A stretch of 64,000 nucleotides of DNA. It comes from Eledone cirrhosa. Taxonomy: Eukaryota. A program made the translations under genes and the position numbers. Below the pieces are notes generated by a model. That model did no database searches. It saw only the letters and a list, made by a program, of their open reading frames with translations, and was not told the DNA's origin. This document shows, in pieces, positions 1 to 12,039 of this stretch. Position 1 is the first letter of the stretch. Each line of letters starts with the position of its first letter. Where the stretch lies: contig OZ024740.1 in the NCBI GenBank assembly GCA_964016885.1, positions 108,624,001 to 108,688,000 of the forward strand. Reading direction: 5' to 3'.

Positions 1-929
1 AAGGGTTTTAGATAAATATAAGCATTTTAAAATACACAGCTTTATATCAGGGTCTGTTTCAGGCAGTTTATTGGTTTTAAATGGGATAACGATAATTATT
101 ATCTGAAATTCAAGTAAAATATAATAATAACATTAAGTCAATCTAAATATTTCAGAGGAAAAGGCAAAATGGGGAATAATGAAGTAGTTGAGTTGGAGCA
201 AGTTAAAAATAGTCCCTACAATTTGGAGAAATATTGTGAGCAGTGAAAGGGGTCAAACTAAGTTCAGTTGAACAAAGAAGGTATTTTACCCTGTTGACTG
301 TCACATTGATGAATGTAGGTTATTGTAGACCAGGTGGGTTTAATTTTTGACAGTAAAAGAGAGTCACATAGTCTTACAGCTGAAATAATTATTCTTGTGT
401 CTGAGAATATTTAGTTGTTTTTATTTTTTTTTTATTTAAAATAAACAACTTTATATCATAGAGCTAAACCCCATTTTGTTGAAGCAGAACTGACTGGGTT
501 TAATCAACAACCCAACCTTTGGCAGTCATATTTTATGTCAGATGTTATTTGTTAATCTTCATATCAATGTTTCCCTGTCTAAGAGATTAATCTCTGAGTT
601 ATGTTAGATAAAATATATTTATAAAATCGCCCCCCCCCCCCCTCTCTATTATATATATATATCTAACTAGTTTAGTTAGAGGAGGAAAGGCAGCATCCAT
701 AACACTTTTCAAGCCCCCTCCCCCCTCCGAGACAGGTAAGAAGTAGGCAGGAAGTAAGCCTCAAACCAGAAACACACACACACACACTGTAATCAGAAAG
801 AAGGTATGTGTAAAAACTTGCTATCTTCAATAGGGTATCCTGTGCCAACCCTATAGTCATGAATGTTGGGTAATGACTAAAAGAATATGATACAAGCAGC
901 CAATATGGGGTCCTCTGCAAAGTCTTTTG

Positions 930-1252
930 GAGTAATGTTACTCAATAGAGTGCATAGCTCATCAGAGATAAGAGAGTTGCTCTAAGTAGAGCCGCTACTT
1001 CTCCAAATTGAGAAATCACAGCTCCAATACTATGGGCATGTGGTTAGAATGTTTCAGGAAAGAATCGCTGTACAGATTCTACGGACAAAACCAACCGGCT
1101 GGAGACCCAGGGGTAGATCCTGAACAAGTTGGTTGGATAAAATCTTTGAGCGCAGCTTAATTGGAGATAGTCACTTCTGACAGGACCTGCTGGAAGGAGT
1201 GTTTGAGGACTCCGTCCCCACGACCCTGCCAAGAATAAGTGGGCAAAGAAGA
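930..1252 (+). mobile_element. 3' fragment of a second RTE family (Expander/Rex3-like C-terminus, GAA tail)
   Basis: Translates in pieces to LQIEKSQLQYYGHVVRMFQER...LEIVTSDRTCWKECLRTPSPRPCQE*, then gtgggcaaagaagaa. Same family as 20700-20872. Confidence 0.7.
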
Positions 1253-4200
1253 ATATATATATATATACATGTTGGCACTCTCAGAGGTAGATCTGCTGAA
1301 ATAGCGGAGATGCTGGAGAGAAGGCAGGTGGATGTGTGCTGTGTGCAAGAGGTGAGATGGAGAGGTGCCTCTGCGAGACTAGTCGTAGGCAAGCGTCTTA
1401 GCTATAAGCTATTCTGGGTAGGTAAGGATGATGGGCTAGGGGGAGTAGGCATTTTCCTGGCTGAGAAATGGATCAATAAGACAATAGAGGTAGTTCGAGT
1501 TAGTAATCGAATAATTAAGCTTAGATTAGTTGTAGGTAGGAGACTACTGACAATCATCTCGGCCTATGCTCCCCAAGCAGGCCTAGGCAAAGATGAGAAA
1601 GACTGCTTTTATGAGCAACTTTTGCAAACAACCGCAATGACAGAGGACGGAGACATTGTTATGCTAGCAGGAGACTTCAATGGTCATGTTGGACAGCTCC
1701 AGGCTGGTTACACTGGGGTACATGGTGGGCACGGTTACGGTTCAAGAAATGAAGAAGGAGTGAGACTTCATGAATTTTGTGATGCGGGTGCATTGACTAT
1801 TTGCAACACAAACTTCCAGAAACCTGCCAATCACCTAATAACCTACAAATCTGGTGAGCACATAAGCCAGATTGACTTCCTGCTAGTTAGGCAGCGGGAC
1901 AGGCAGATAGTGTCTAATACCAAGGCATACCCTGGGGAAGAATGTACCCCACAGCATAGGTTAGTTGTTAGTGATATCTCAGTAAGCAAGAGATGGAATG
2001 AGACATATAGGAAGGTGTGGAGAAGAAAGGCCTGGAAGCTAAAAGACCTTTCACTAAAATACAAATTTAGGAAAGCCCTTCATGATGTATATGACGAAAA
2101 AGAAGACGATTTAGAGACGTATGACATAGATAATAACTGGAATTTCTTACGTGACAACTTGCTGCAGGCTACTGATGAAACATGTGGCTGGAGCAGAGCT
2201 CCAACCAGACAGAGAGTGACCTGGTGGTGGAACAGCACAGTAGATAAGGCTATTAGAGACAAAAGACTAGCATGGAAGGCTTGGAAAAAGGGTGGGAGTA
2301 GGGAAGAATATACAGCCACTAAGAGAGAAGCTAGACGTCAGGTGTACTTAGCACGCAGGAAGGCAGAGAGTAGGAGGTTTGCCAATGTTCTGCGACGGGA
2401 AGATCAGAGGCGTGCGGTGTTCCACATTGCAAGGCAGTGTGTCAATGCAAATCAGGATATTGTTGGAGATAAATGTGTCCGGGATGATGCCGGTGTACTT
2501 AGTGTCACGAATGATCAGAAAAAGGAGGCCTGGAAATGTCATTATGAGAGACTGATGAATGTGGAGAACGAATGGGAGAGAGAGAAATTACCCCCAGTAG
2601 ATCCGACAGAGGGACCAGCTATTGAGATTGACGAATATAGGGTCCAAGAGGCGATTAGGGAAATGAAAAATGGTAAGGCTGCCGGACCATCAGGAATAGT
2701 TGCTGAGATGCTGAAGGCATCAGGGGACGTAGGCACTAAACTGGTTGCACGCATCATCAATCAGGCTATATATGGTGGTGTCATACCCAAAGACTGGTAC
2801 AAAGGTAAAGGGGATGCTTTGGAGAGGAGCAATTATAGGGGTATAAAACTGATAGATCAGGTTATGAAAGTGGCAGAAAGGATTTTAGCACAACTAATTA
2901 GAGAAAGGGTCAAACTAGATGAGATGCAGTTTGGTTTTGTGCCTGGGAAGAGTACAACAGATGCCCTCTTCTTGGTGAGACAATTGCAAGAGAGGTTCTT
3001 AGAGAAGAATAAGCCACTATACTTAGCCTTTGTTGACCTAGAGAAGGCCTTTGATAGGGTACCCCGATCTGTCATCTGGTGGTCCCTAAGGAAGCTGGGT
3101 GTTGAGGAATGGCTTGTGAGGACAGTGCAAACTTTGTACAGAGGTACTCTCAGTAAAGTCAGGGTAGGAATGGAGTTTAGTGAGGAATTCCAGATACAAG
3201 TAGGAGTACATCAGGGTTCGGTCCTGAGCCCGCTCTTGTTCATTATAGTCCTCCAAGCCATAACAGAGGAGTTTAAGACTGGCTGTCCATGGGAACTTCT
3301 CTATGCTAACGATCTGGTTCTTATAGCAGAATCAGTAGAGGAGCTAGAGAATAAATTCTGGCTATGGAAACAGCAGTTGGAAGCAAGCGAACTGAGAGTA
3401 AATCTAGCTAAGACAAAAGTGTTGATGAGTAGAAAAGAGGACAAAACTCTGATTCCGTCAGGGAAATGGCCATGTTCGATATGCAGAAAAAGAACTGGCA
3501 TAAATTCTATAAAATGCACACAATGCAGATCCTGGGTACACAAGAGATGTAGTGGGATAGCAGGCAAACTAACAGGTAGGGAGAAATATGTATGCAGTAG
3601 ATGTACAGGGAAATTAGACAGTAGAAGTCGCACTGATAGACACATTTTTCAAATGCAAGAGGGCGCTATAGAAGTGGTGGATAGCTTCCGGTACCTAGGA
3701 GATCAGATTAGCATGGGAGGAGGGTGTTCCGAGGCCATAGTATCTAGAATAAGGACGGGTTGGAAGAAGTTTAGGGAGCTGCTTCCTCTGTTGACGAAGA
3801 AGGGTTTCTCCCTGCGTATGAAAGGCCAGTTGTATGATGCCTGTGTGAGGAGCGCAATGCTGCATGGTAGTGAGACATGGGCAGCAACTGCAGAGGATAT
3901 GCGACGACTGGAGAGAAATGAGGCAAGCATGCTCCGTTGGATGTGCAGTGTAAATGTGCGTGAACGACCCAGCATAAATGTGTTGAGAGAGAAACTGTGT
4001 CTGAGAGGGATAGAATGTAGTGTACGGGAAAGGAGACTGAGGTGGTATGGACATGTGATGCGCATGGAGGATGACCGATGGGTGAAGAAGTGCCAGGAAT
4101 TGCCAGTTGAAGGAAGACGTGGTAGAGGTAGACCACGAAAAACATGGGCGGAGGTGGTGAGAACAGACCTCAGATCATTGAAGCTCACGGTGGAGATGAC

Positions 4201-4279
4201 GAGGGACCGTGACGAGTGGAGAGATGCTGTGCTGAATAAGACCCGTCCCACCCTTGCAAGCAGGGAAAAGCGGACGTAA
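1199..4279 (+). CDS. RTE ORF: endonuclease + reverse transcriptase with internal C4HC3 finger; probably non-functional
   Basis: 1026-aa open frame, but the first ~23 codons come from flanking DNA (GTG start in an older LINE end, then a TA microsatellite). YADD is mutated to YAND and there is an 8-aa in-frame deletion. Confidence 0.75.
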   Translation: MFEDSVPTTLPRISGQRRIYIYIHVGTLRGRSAEIAEMLERRQVDVCCVQEVRWRGASARLVVGKRLSYKLFWVGKDDGLGGVGIFLAEKWINKTIEVVRVSNRIIKLRLVVGRRLLTIISAYAPQAGLGKDEKDCFYEQLLQTTAMTEDGDIVMLAGDFNGHVGQLQAGYTGVHGGHGYGSRNEEGVRLHEFCDAGALTICNTNFQKPANHLITYKSGEHISQIDFLLVRQRDRQIVSNTKAYPGEECTPQHRLVVSDISVSKRWNETYRKVWRRKAWKLKDLSLKYKFRKALHDVYDEKEDDLETYDIDNNWNFLRDNLLQATDETCGWSRAPTRQRVTWWWNSTVDKAIRDKRLAWKAWKKGGSREEYTATKREARRQVYLARRKAESRRFANVLRREDQRRAVFHIARQCVNANQDIVGDKCVRDDAGVLSVTNDQKKEAWKCHYERLMNVENEWEREKLPPVDPTEGPAIEIDEYRVQEAIREMKNGKAAGPSGIVAEMLKASGDVGTKLVARIINQAIYGGVIPKDWYKGKGDALERSNYRGIKLIDQVMKVAERILAQLIRERVKLDEMQFGFVPGKSTTDALFLVRQLQERFLEKNKPLYLAFVDLEKAFDRVPRSVIWWSLRKLGVEEWLVRTVQTLYRGTLSKVRVGMEFSEEFQIQVGVHQGSVLSPLLFIIVLQAITEEFKTGCPWELLYANDLVLIAESVEELENKFWLWKQQLEASELRVNLAKTKVLMSRKEDKTLIPSGKWPCSICRKRTGINSIKCTQCRSWVHKRCSGIAGKLTGREKYVCSRCTGKLDSRSRTDRHIFQMQEGAIEVVDSFRYLGDQISMGGGCSEAIVSRIRTGWKKFRELLPLLTKKGFSLRMKGQLYDACVRSAMLHGSETWAATAEDMRRLERNEASMLRWMCSVNVRERPSINVLREKLCLRGIECSVRERRLRWYGHVMRMEDDRWVKKCQELPVEGRRGRGRPRKTWAEVVRTDLRSLKLTVEMTRDRDEWRDAVLNKTRPTLASREKRT

Positions 4280-4310
4280 AAATGATGATGATGATGATGA
4301 TGATGATGAT
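1269..4310 (+). mobile_element. RTE-clade non-LTR retrotransposon (LINE), near full length, 5'-truncated, (GAT)n tail
   Basis: APE endonuclease motifs (VQEVRW, SAYAPQ, GDFNGHVG, SQIDF, PQH) and RT motifs (QFGF, FVDLEKAFD, GVHQGSVLSP, YAND, FRYLG). RTE-type C-terminus (RRLRWYGHV, RGRPRKTW). (ATG)n tail 4282-4310. (TA)n on both sides. Confidence 0.95.
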
Positions 4311-5414
4311 ATATATATATATATAGAGAGAGAGAACAAGAAAATGCGAGGTAGTTTCAGATGTTAAAGTCCTTTATTGATAAGGCTGTGATACATATTT
4401 CAATGACGACAGTGGCCACGCGATTCTGTGTACCATGATCTCATCAGACAGCTTCTTAAATAATAAGGTTACGTTCTCGAGGCAATCCAAATTAAAACAA
4501 GGGAATGGACAAAGATGATGTCCTTGAAGCCTTCGCCCGTTCTCTTGTACTCCGTCATTCCTAAGTATGTTGATTTGAATTGCATCAATGTTTACCATAA
4601 GTAAATATATATATATTATATATGTGTGTGTGTGTCAAGGTTAGTAAATGAAAATGAAGGCAAATTGAGAAAAGTAAGCTTATTGTTAGTAAAAGGATCA
4701 GAAAAATATAGATAGAGAGACAAGAAAAGACAGTGAAACAGTAAAATGGACAGAAATGATGGACGAATAAATATGGAACTTCTCATTATCAGCTAGACAT
4801 CATTGGATATCATAACAATTTTGTGCAGTTATAGAAATGACTGTATAATATATATATCATCATCATCATATTTACATCGATTTTTTTTGATTTTTTAATA
4901 CTGGTATGGATTGGAAAGGTCCTCACAGACCAAGTCAGTACTTAATTGGAGCTATTATCTTCCCAGATGGGTTAGAAAACCATGTCTAATTTAGATGCAG
5001 GATTTTTACAACTAGATGCCCTTTATAACACTAACTCTTTTACAGGGTTTACTGGATGTATTTTAGTGTGACACCAGCACTGGAAAAAGTGTTGTATCCT
5101 TGGCAGGGTTCAATAGCCAACCACTTTACAGTTTACTGGATACATAAAATAATTTCAACTTATAGTTTGGGAAGCTAACAAAACTAGATTTTGATAATTC
5201 TTGTTGTAATTGCACTAAGTAATTTCTTAAGCCTGGATTTTCCACAAAACAGTCCACACTTAACCATGGCAAATCATATGACAGCTTATAACACCATACA
5301 ACACTTTTCACCATTTTAGATTTTCCATATTGCTTCTACTTAGCAAAGATGTTTAACAATTTATTCATTGACCGCAGGAAATGATTATACATGTAAAATT
5401 GTGCTTCTTTAAGT

Positions 5415-5790
5415 ACTGTGAAGTGTTAGTGCTGGTGCCATAATAAGATGCACCCAGTACACACTGTAAAGTGGTAGTGCTGGTGCCATAGATGCACCCC
5501 ATACACACTGTAAAGTGTTAGTGCTAGTGCTATAATAAAATGTAAAGTAGAAGAGCTGGTGTCATGATAAGATGCACCCTGTACACACAGTAAAGTGCTA
5601 GTGCTGGGGCCATGATGAAATGCACCCATTACATTTTGTAAAGTGGATAGTATTAGAAAAACCATCCAGCTGTAGAAACTATGGAACGTATGAGTAAGAC
5701 GTGGTTCTTGGAGCTATCTAGTCTTGGACAATGACAGCCTGTCCAACACATGCCATTGTGGAAAAACAGACATAAATGATAATGATGTTA
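5415..5790 (+). mobile_element. non-autonomous RTE-tailed element with internal ~45-bp tandem repeats
   Basis: About five copies of tgtaaagtg..gtgctggtgccata...gatgcacccagtacacac, then catccagctgtagaaac and an RTE-like tail. Related copies at 11815-12005 and 22100-22347. Confidence 0.6.
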
Positions 5791-7065
5791 GCCAGTCTTA
5801 ACTAAAAGAATTTACATTCATCATGAAGGAGAGGGAGGACATGTTGAATGAAAGAATGGTACAAGACTGGAAGGTGGAGACATGTTCATATTAAATGAAA
5901 AGCTGGAAGGAAGAAACTATGATCAATATGTCAATTAATTTATTTCTAAATAACTTTTTGGCTATGTACTTACTTGAACAGTGACAACTTGGCAGAAAGT
6001 TGTTTATCATCTCCAATATTGTTAAAATATGAAGTGTTCTGATATATTTATGCTGAACTGAGTCAGAAATTTAATCTTAACCCTTCTCATACTAAACTTC
6101 TCCTACTAAACAGAGCTGGTGTCTAGGTATTCAGTGCCATAGGTTAGGTCTATAATGTAGATCTCACGTCTTCCAGTTATGCACTATGTTCTCCCAAATC
6201 TAATAATTTCACCTATAGTTTGGGAAGCTAACAAACCAAGTTTTTGACACTTCTTCCTCTGACCACACTAAAAAAGTGCTATGTTACTCAAGCCAAACTC
6301 ATCCATGCCAAATCATGTGACAGCTCTTAATATCCTACAACCCTCTCCACAACTTTGGATATTTTCACAACATTGCTACACAGGCAAAAATATTTAGTGA
6401 TTTATTTATTGATTGCAGGAAATTATATATTTATCAGATAATAGCTGGTTTAACATCACGTCAATCATTCCTGCAGGTCTACACCCTCCCATGTTACACA
6501 GTTGACTTTTCAATCCAGCAACAAAAAGTAAAACCATGAGTTCCACTCACTGACAACACTCCAACATAGGCTGCATCACCACAAGTGACTGGGCAACTGT
6601 GAATACTCTCGCCTATACTAAATCTCCTGAGGTGATGAAACTACAGAAGTGATGGTATTTCTTCAGTGCAAATTCATGTGACACCCAATATCTGCAACAA
6701 TAGGCCCAATGTTTGTTATGGTGCCAAGAATTCAGAGTCTGTGCCTGCAATTGACAGGAGAAATGGAACAATAGATTGCAAAAGAGACATCAGTACATCA
6801 TGGATTCTAGTGGCAAATGCTTGTACAACATGAGTACCACTCTCTAAGTCTCGTCTCAGTGATTAATATCTGATGACAAACCTAAGCAGTCATCATATAA
6901 ACTGCAGGTTTCACTTCAGTAACTATAACTTAAGGTCTGTCACACAGTTTGTTGTAATTATGACTAAGAAGTCCCATCTACCTTGGTTTTGAAATCAGAT
7001 TGACCCTTCTCCTGAGAGGCTCACACCCAAAGCTGATGTGTTCTGTCCACTCAGAGCAACTGGTT

Positions 7066-7282
7066 TTAACCCTTTAATGTTCAAACTGACCAAAACCGGC
7101 CAGAATTCTCTACCTCTTTCTGTTGAAACTGGCTGTAACTAGTCGCTCAAACTGATGTTAAGGTATTGTTCTCAAAATAAATACTTTCAAAATCTCATAG
7201 ATTCGATATTATGTGAGATATTATGCCTTTACCATGAAAATATGATAGTATATATAGAGTAATGTGAATGCTAAAGGGTTAA
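7066..7282. mobile_element. piggyBac-like MITE (second family)
   Basis: TTAA-ccctttaatgttca ... tgaatgctaaaggg-TTAA. Internal match in reverse orientation to 8568-8800. Confidence 0.75.
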
Positions 7283-8567
7283 GGTGCTAATAACTCACTT
7301 TTGCCACTTCCCCTTGTCAGCTCCAAACATCTCCGCCACGAGAAGGTCAGGAGTTGGGCTTTGGTTGTCAGAGGCTATATGCGACACAAGCTGTTTGGGG
7401 CATTTTAGTAGAGAGTAGATTTTCAGGCCAACTCCCACCCCAGCAATAATAACCTTAGCAGGGATTTCAAAGTTTCCATAATTACTTCTTCTGCTAGAAG
7501 CAATTGCTGAATCCCCCCCTCCCCCACACACACATAAGGTCAGTCAGAATATGTCAATATCTAATGTTTTCTGCCAGCAGAGAGAATCTCTGCTGCATTC
7601 ATTCAATTGATATATACGTGTGTGTGTGTGTGTGATTGTATACAATAATACTTATTTATGTTAGTGTATATGATATGTATATGTATATGATGCATCTGGG
7701 TATATCCTAGCAACCATTATTTCCATATATACATTGCATATCAATATTTGCAACAAGAGGAAGTTTTCTTATCTAAAATAACAGAAAGAAAAATAATAAA
7801 AAAGCATAAATATATTGCAAAATTAATATATATATATATATATATATAAATTATTCTGGAAAATTTCCAAAATCATTTAAAGTAAGAACATCCTATTAAA
7901 ATCTGATAATTTTTTACACCTGGGAGTCTGGGGGTCTTGTTGGTCAATTATTGATTCAACATGTAAAATATTTTGTTCCTAATGTCTAATGGTTATTTAT
8001 TTATTTATTTATTTTGTCCAACCTTTGCTCTGTCTAACCCTTCTTAGCAGGGAGAAATGAATGTTAAATGATGATGACTTTTTTTCTTTCATTAATTATT
8101 TGAAATATTTTTTTTTACCCAGGCATTAAACCTTATTTTTGTATGTTTCATTCAGAGCCAGCTCCTGGGTATTTAGAGCCCTTAGCTAGCTCTACAATGT
8201 GGACTCCACTTCTCACAGTTATGTGCCCCATTCTTCCAAATGAAATAATTTCAACTTACAGTTAGGTTAGCAGATGAACCTAGGCATTGACACTTCTTGC
8301 TCTGACCACACTAAGAAAATGAGTCTACACTCACCCATGTCATATCATGTCACAGATCATAACATCCTATAATCCTTTCCATCACTTTGGATATTTCCAC
8401 AGCACTACTATGTAACAAATATATTTAGCAATTTATTTATTGAGTGCAGGAAATTGTTTTATATTTAATTAAATTATACTAATTTGTTTAAAACTGTGAT
8501 CCTTCAAGGTGCAGTACAATAGGCAGCTGCCTACTTGGCCATTCCTGGTTATATTAGGAACTCACCT

Positions 8568-8800
8568 TTAACCCTTTAGCATTTACATTAATTACTCTAC
8601 TACTGTATTTTTGCGGTAAAGGTCTTATCTCACATAATTATCTTATATAATATCAAATCTACGAGATTTTGATGATGATATTATTTATCTTAAGAACAAT
8701 ACCCTAACGTCAGTATGAGTGACTGGTTAGGGTCGATTTGAGCAGAAAGAGGTGAGAGAATTCTGGCCGAATTTAGCCAGTTTAAATGCTAAAGTGTTAA
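8568..8800. mobile_element. piggyBac-like MITE (second family, opposite orientation)
   Basis: TTAA-ccctttagcattta ... taaatgctaaagtg-TTAA. agagaattctggccg is the reverse complement of cggccagaattctct near 7097. Confidence 0.75.
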
Positions 8801-9559
8801 TGGTATGGACCATTTACCACCGGTACCACCACCACTCCTACCACAATCACTATCATCATCATCCTATTCCTCCTCGTTCTCATCATCACCAGTTCTTGTC
8901 ATGTCACATTCCTTTTATTACAATTATATTGAGAAGTGACTTTGAAGTTTACTTGATAAGTCTTATGTACTGTAAAATAGAAATTTGACTTCTTGGATGA
9001 TGGGTACATATAGTTTGAACTCCATTCACACATTCACGGACAAATACACACACACAAACTCATATAATATACAACACTACACTCTATAACAAACATATAC
9101 ATCTTTTTCTTTTTTCTTTTTCTTCTTTTCCTTTGTCTTTTCTTTTCTCTTTTTCTTTTTCTTTCTTTTCTTCTTCTTGAGAGGGTCATGGAGGCAGAGT
9201 CTTGAAATACTCCTTCCTTCCAGTGGGTCCTGTTGGAAATAACCAGCTGGATCCCCAAGCGAGACCAACCGTGTGAAAATATACATATTCAGATTATTAC
9301 TTATATAAAAACTTTGACCATTCTGATAGATTTGGGGTCAAAGCTAGCCTGGGCTGGTACACAAAGTTGGTGTCACCATTGGTTATAGGGTACAAAAAGG
9401 GGCCTTAACTCCTGATGGCTTTGTAAGGGTGCCATCCTGACACATGGTGTATCTTGGACATTTTAAACCTGGCATAATCCACCCATCTCTTGAGTGGAGC
9501 ACAGTTGATTTCTTCCAGAGAAAGAAAGTGATAAAGAGAAATAGAGGAAGAACCAACCC

Positions 9560-9710
9560 CAGCATGTGACTGGTATCTTATTTATCAATTTTCATCTAAG
9601 GATGACAAGCACAGTTGGCTTTGGTGGGATTTGAACTCAGTGTGCAGTTCTGGAACAAATACAGAGGCATTTTTAATCAACACCCTAACAACTTTGCTAA
9701 TTTGTTGCCT
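9560..9710 (-). mobile_element. degenerate tRNA-derived SINE, same family as 12040
   Basis: ggtgggatttgaactcag box B on the minus strand. Confidence 0.55.
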
Positions 9711-9830
9711 ATAGTTACAGGATATGAACCAGAAACTCCTTCATTGGGTATCTACCTGGTACTTTACTGCTATAGTTACAGGATATGAACCAGAAACTCC
9801 TTCATTGGGTATCTACCTGGTACTTTACTG
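9709..9830. repeat. perfect 61-bp tandem duplication
   Basis: ctatagttacaggatatgaacc...ggtactttactg at 9709-9769 and 9770-9830. Confidence 0.95.
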
Positions 9831-9925
9831 ACTAAGCCATTTCCGGATCTGTTTATAAAGTAAAATCTTTCAGTGAGAAGATTGCTATTGCCACCTCCAC
9901 TATAACTTACTACTACCACTTCACA

Positions 9926-10130
<205 letters not shown>

Positions 10131-10549
10131 AGTTATCTGTTGGTCTTCTTTTGCATTAATCTTTAATACTTGCTACCTAATCTCCTCTGTATTAACTTTA
10201 CTTATCTGGTCTGTTCAATGAGAGAGGATATATTTGATATCTATTGGTATTGATCTGTGATGTGATTAGCTGACTCATTACCATCTTTCACGGACAAATC
10301 AAAAGGTTAATGGATTGTGTGTTCTTCTCAGCAGCACTCTGTACTTACTTTCCGATGGTTTAGTGCAACTACTGGCAAATTAATACCATTACCACCTCGC
10401 CATCATCACAATAACCACTACCCCACCACCATCATCACAATTACCATCACAATCACCTTCCACCACCACCCCATACCACCATCATCACAATCACCACCCC
10501 CGCCATTGTCATCACAATCACCACCCCATCATCACAATAACCACCCCAT

Positions 10550-11810
10550 CATCGTTATCATTTTATGTTCACTTTCCAAGTTGGTATGGGTTGGATAGGT
10601 CATTATGGTCAATTTCAGTTCTTATTTGGGACATATTCCCTTTCTACTTTCGGGTTTCGAATAATGTGTGGGCTGGATGCTTTTAGTTGTGATACCAACA
10701 TAACTTTACAGTGCATGGGCAGTGTGAACAGTGAGTGGATGGATGTTGGGGCATGGGAGGTGTATGGAAAGGGGGTATAGTGGTTAAGAGGTACCTACTA
10801 GATGTATGTTTCAGTCCGTGTGCATGGAAAGGCAGGTCTTCTGTATTACTGTATAATGCCAAAGGTCTCAATCCTGTGTCATCATCTGTGAGAGGTGTAA
10901 TTGTGCAAGGTCAGCTTTTATCACTTCATTCCAGGTCTTCCTACTCCATAGCTTCCATCAACTTTGATCACCCTGCACCTTTTTATACAGCTGTCATCCT
11001 TCATATGCATTGCATGTCTATAGCAATGTAATCTCCTCTCCTGCGCACAGTGCCCAGGCCTCACTACCATGCAACATTGCTGTTCGCATACAATCTGCCC
11101 TTCATTTTGAGGAAAAAGCCTTTTGTAGCTAGCAGCATCCCTTTCTCACTCTGGCTACCATACTTTAAAAACACCGACTTCCACTTTCCACTGCTAATTA
11201 GGTCACCCAGGTAGCAGAAGCTGTCTTCTGCTTCTAAAGAACCTTCCAAGAATCTTTTTAAGCACTTGTTTCCTGCTTACTGCTCTTGTGCAATGGCCCC
11301 ATGTAAAACCTACTTTCTTAGCTAAACAATCTGTGATCCCACTACATTTCTTGTGCACACATAGTTTGCATTTGAGAAAGAGGATGCTTTTCCTACACAC
11401 TGAGCAAGGCCATTTCCATGAGGAGATCAAGGCTCTGTTTTCCCTTCTACTTTACTAGGACCTTAGTCTTTGTCAGGTTGATTTTAAGACCTTTTGTTTC
11501 TAGGCCAGGCTTCCAGGTTTGGAATTTCTTCACTAATTCTGCCATAGATTCCTGCATACAGGAGTGGGCAGCCAGTCTTAAACTGCAGGATGATAACAGG
11601 AGAAGACTAAGAGCCCTGGTGGATACCTAACTGCATGCTAAATTTTTCACTATAGTCATTGTTAATCCTAACTTTGCTGACTGCTCCCCTATATATAGCT
11701 TCATTAGCCACTCATATACTCCTAGTTTTTTAAAAGCCCATAAGATTATGGCATGGGGGACTCAGTCAAAAGCTTTCTCCAGATCAACAAAAGTTAGCAA
11801 GGTACTTCTC
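10550..11810 (-). mobile_element. old 5'-truncated RTE copy
   Basis: Minus-strand remnants FVDLEKAFD, WPCSVCRK...KCKLCVHKKCSGI, DSFCYLGD, KGFFLKMKGRLY. Degraded tail near 10550-10600. Confidence 0.85.
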
Positions 11811-12039
11811 ATAACAGGACCACCCAGTTCCACACTGTAAAGGTGGTTGGTGTTATGAAGGGCATCCAGCTGTAAAAAAGACGGCCAAAATGCAGTTCCG
11901 TTTGAGCAACTTTTGGTACAGCCAACTGGCCAGACGTGCCTCATAATGTGGACAACGTGTCTGACCCATGCAAGCATGGAAAATAAGACGTTAATGATGA
12001 TGATATCACCATTATATATATATAATGGTGATATCATCA

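Noticed and set aside
1843-4251. Minus-strand ORFs overlapping the RTE
   Set aside because: They are antisense shadows of the LINE ORF with no recognisable motifs.
9034-9258. Lys/Arg-rich ORF
   Set aside because: It derives from a T/C-rich low-complexity tract.
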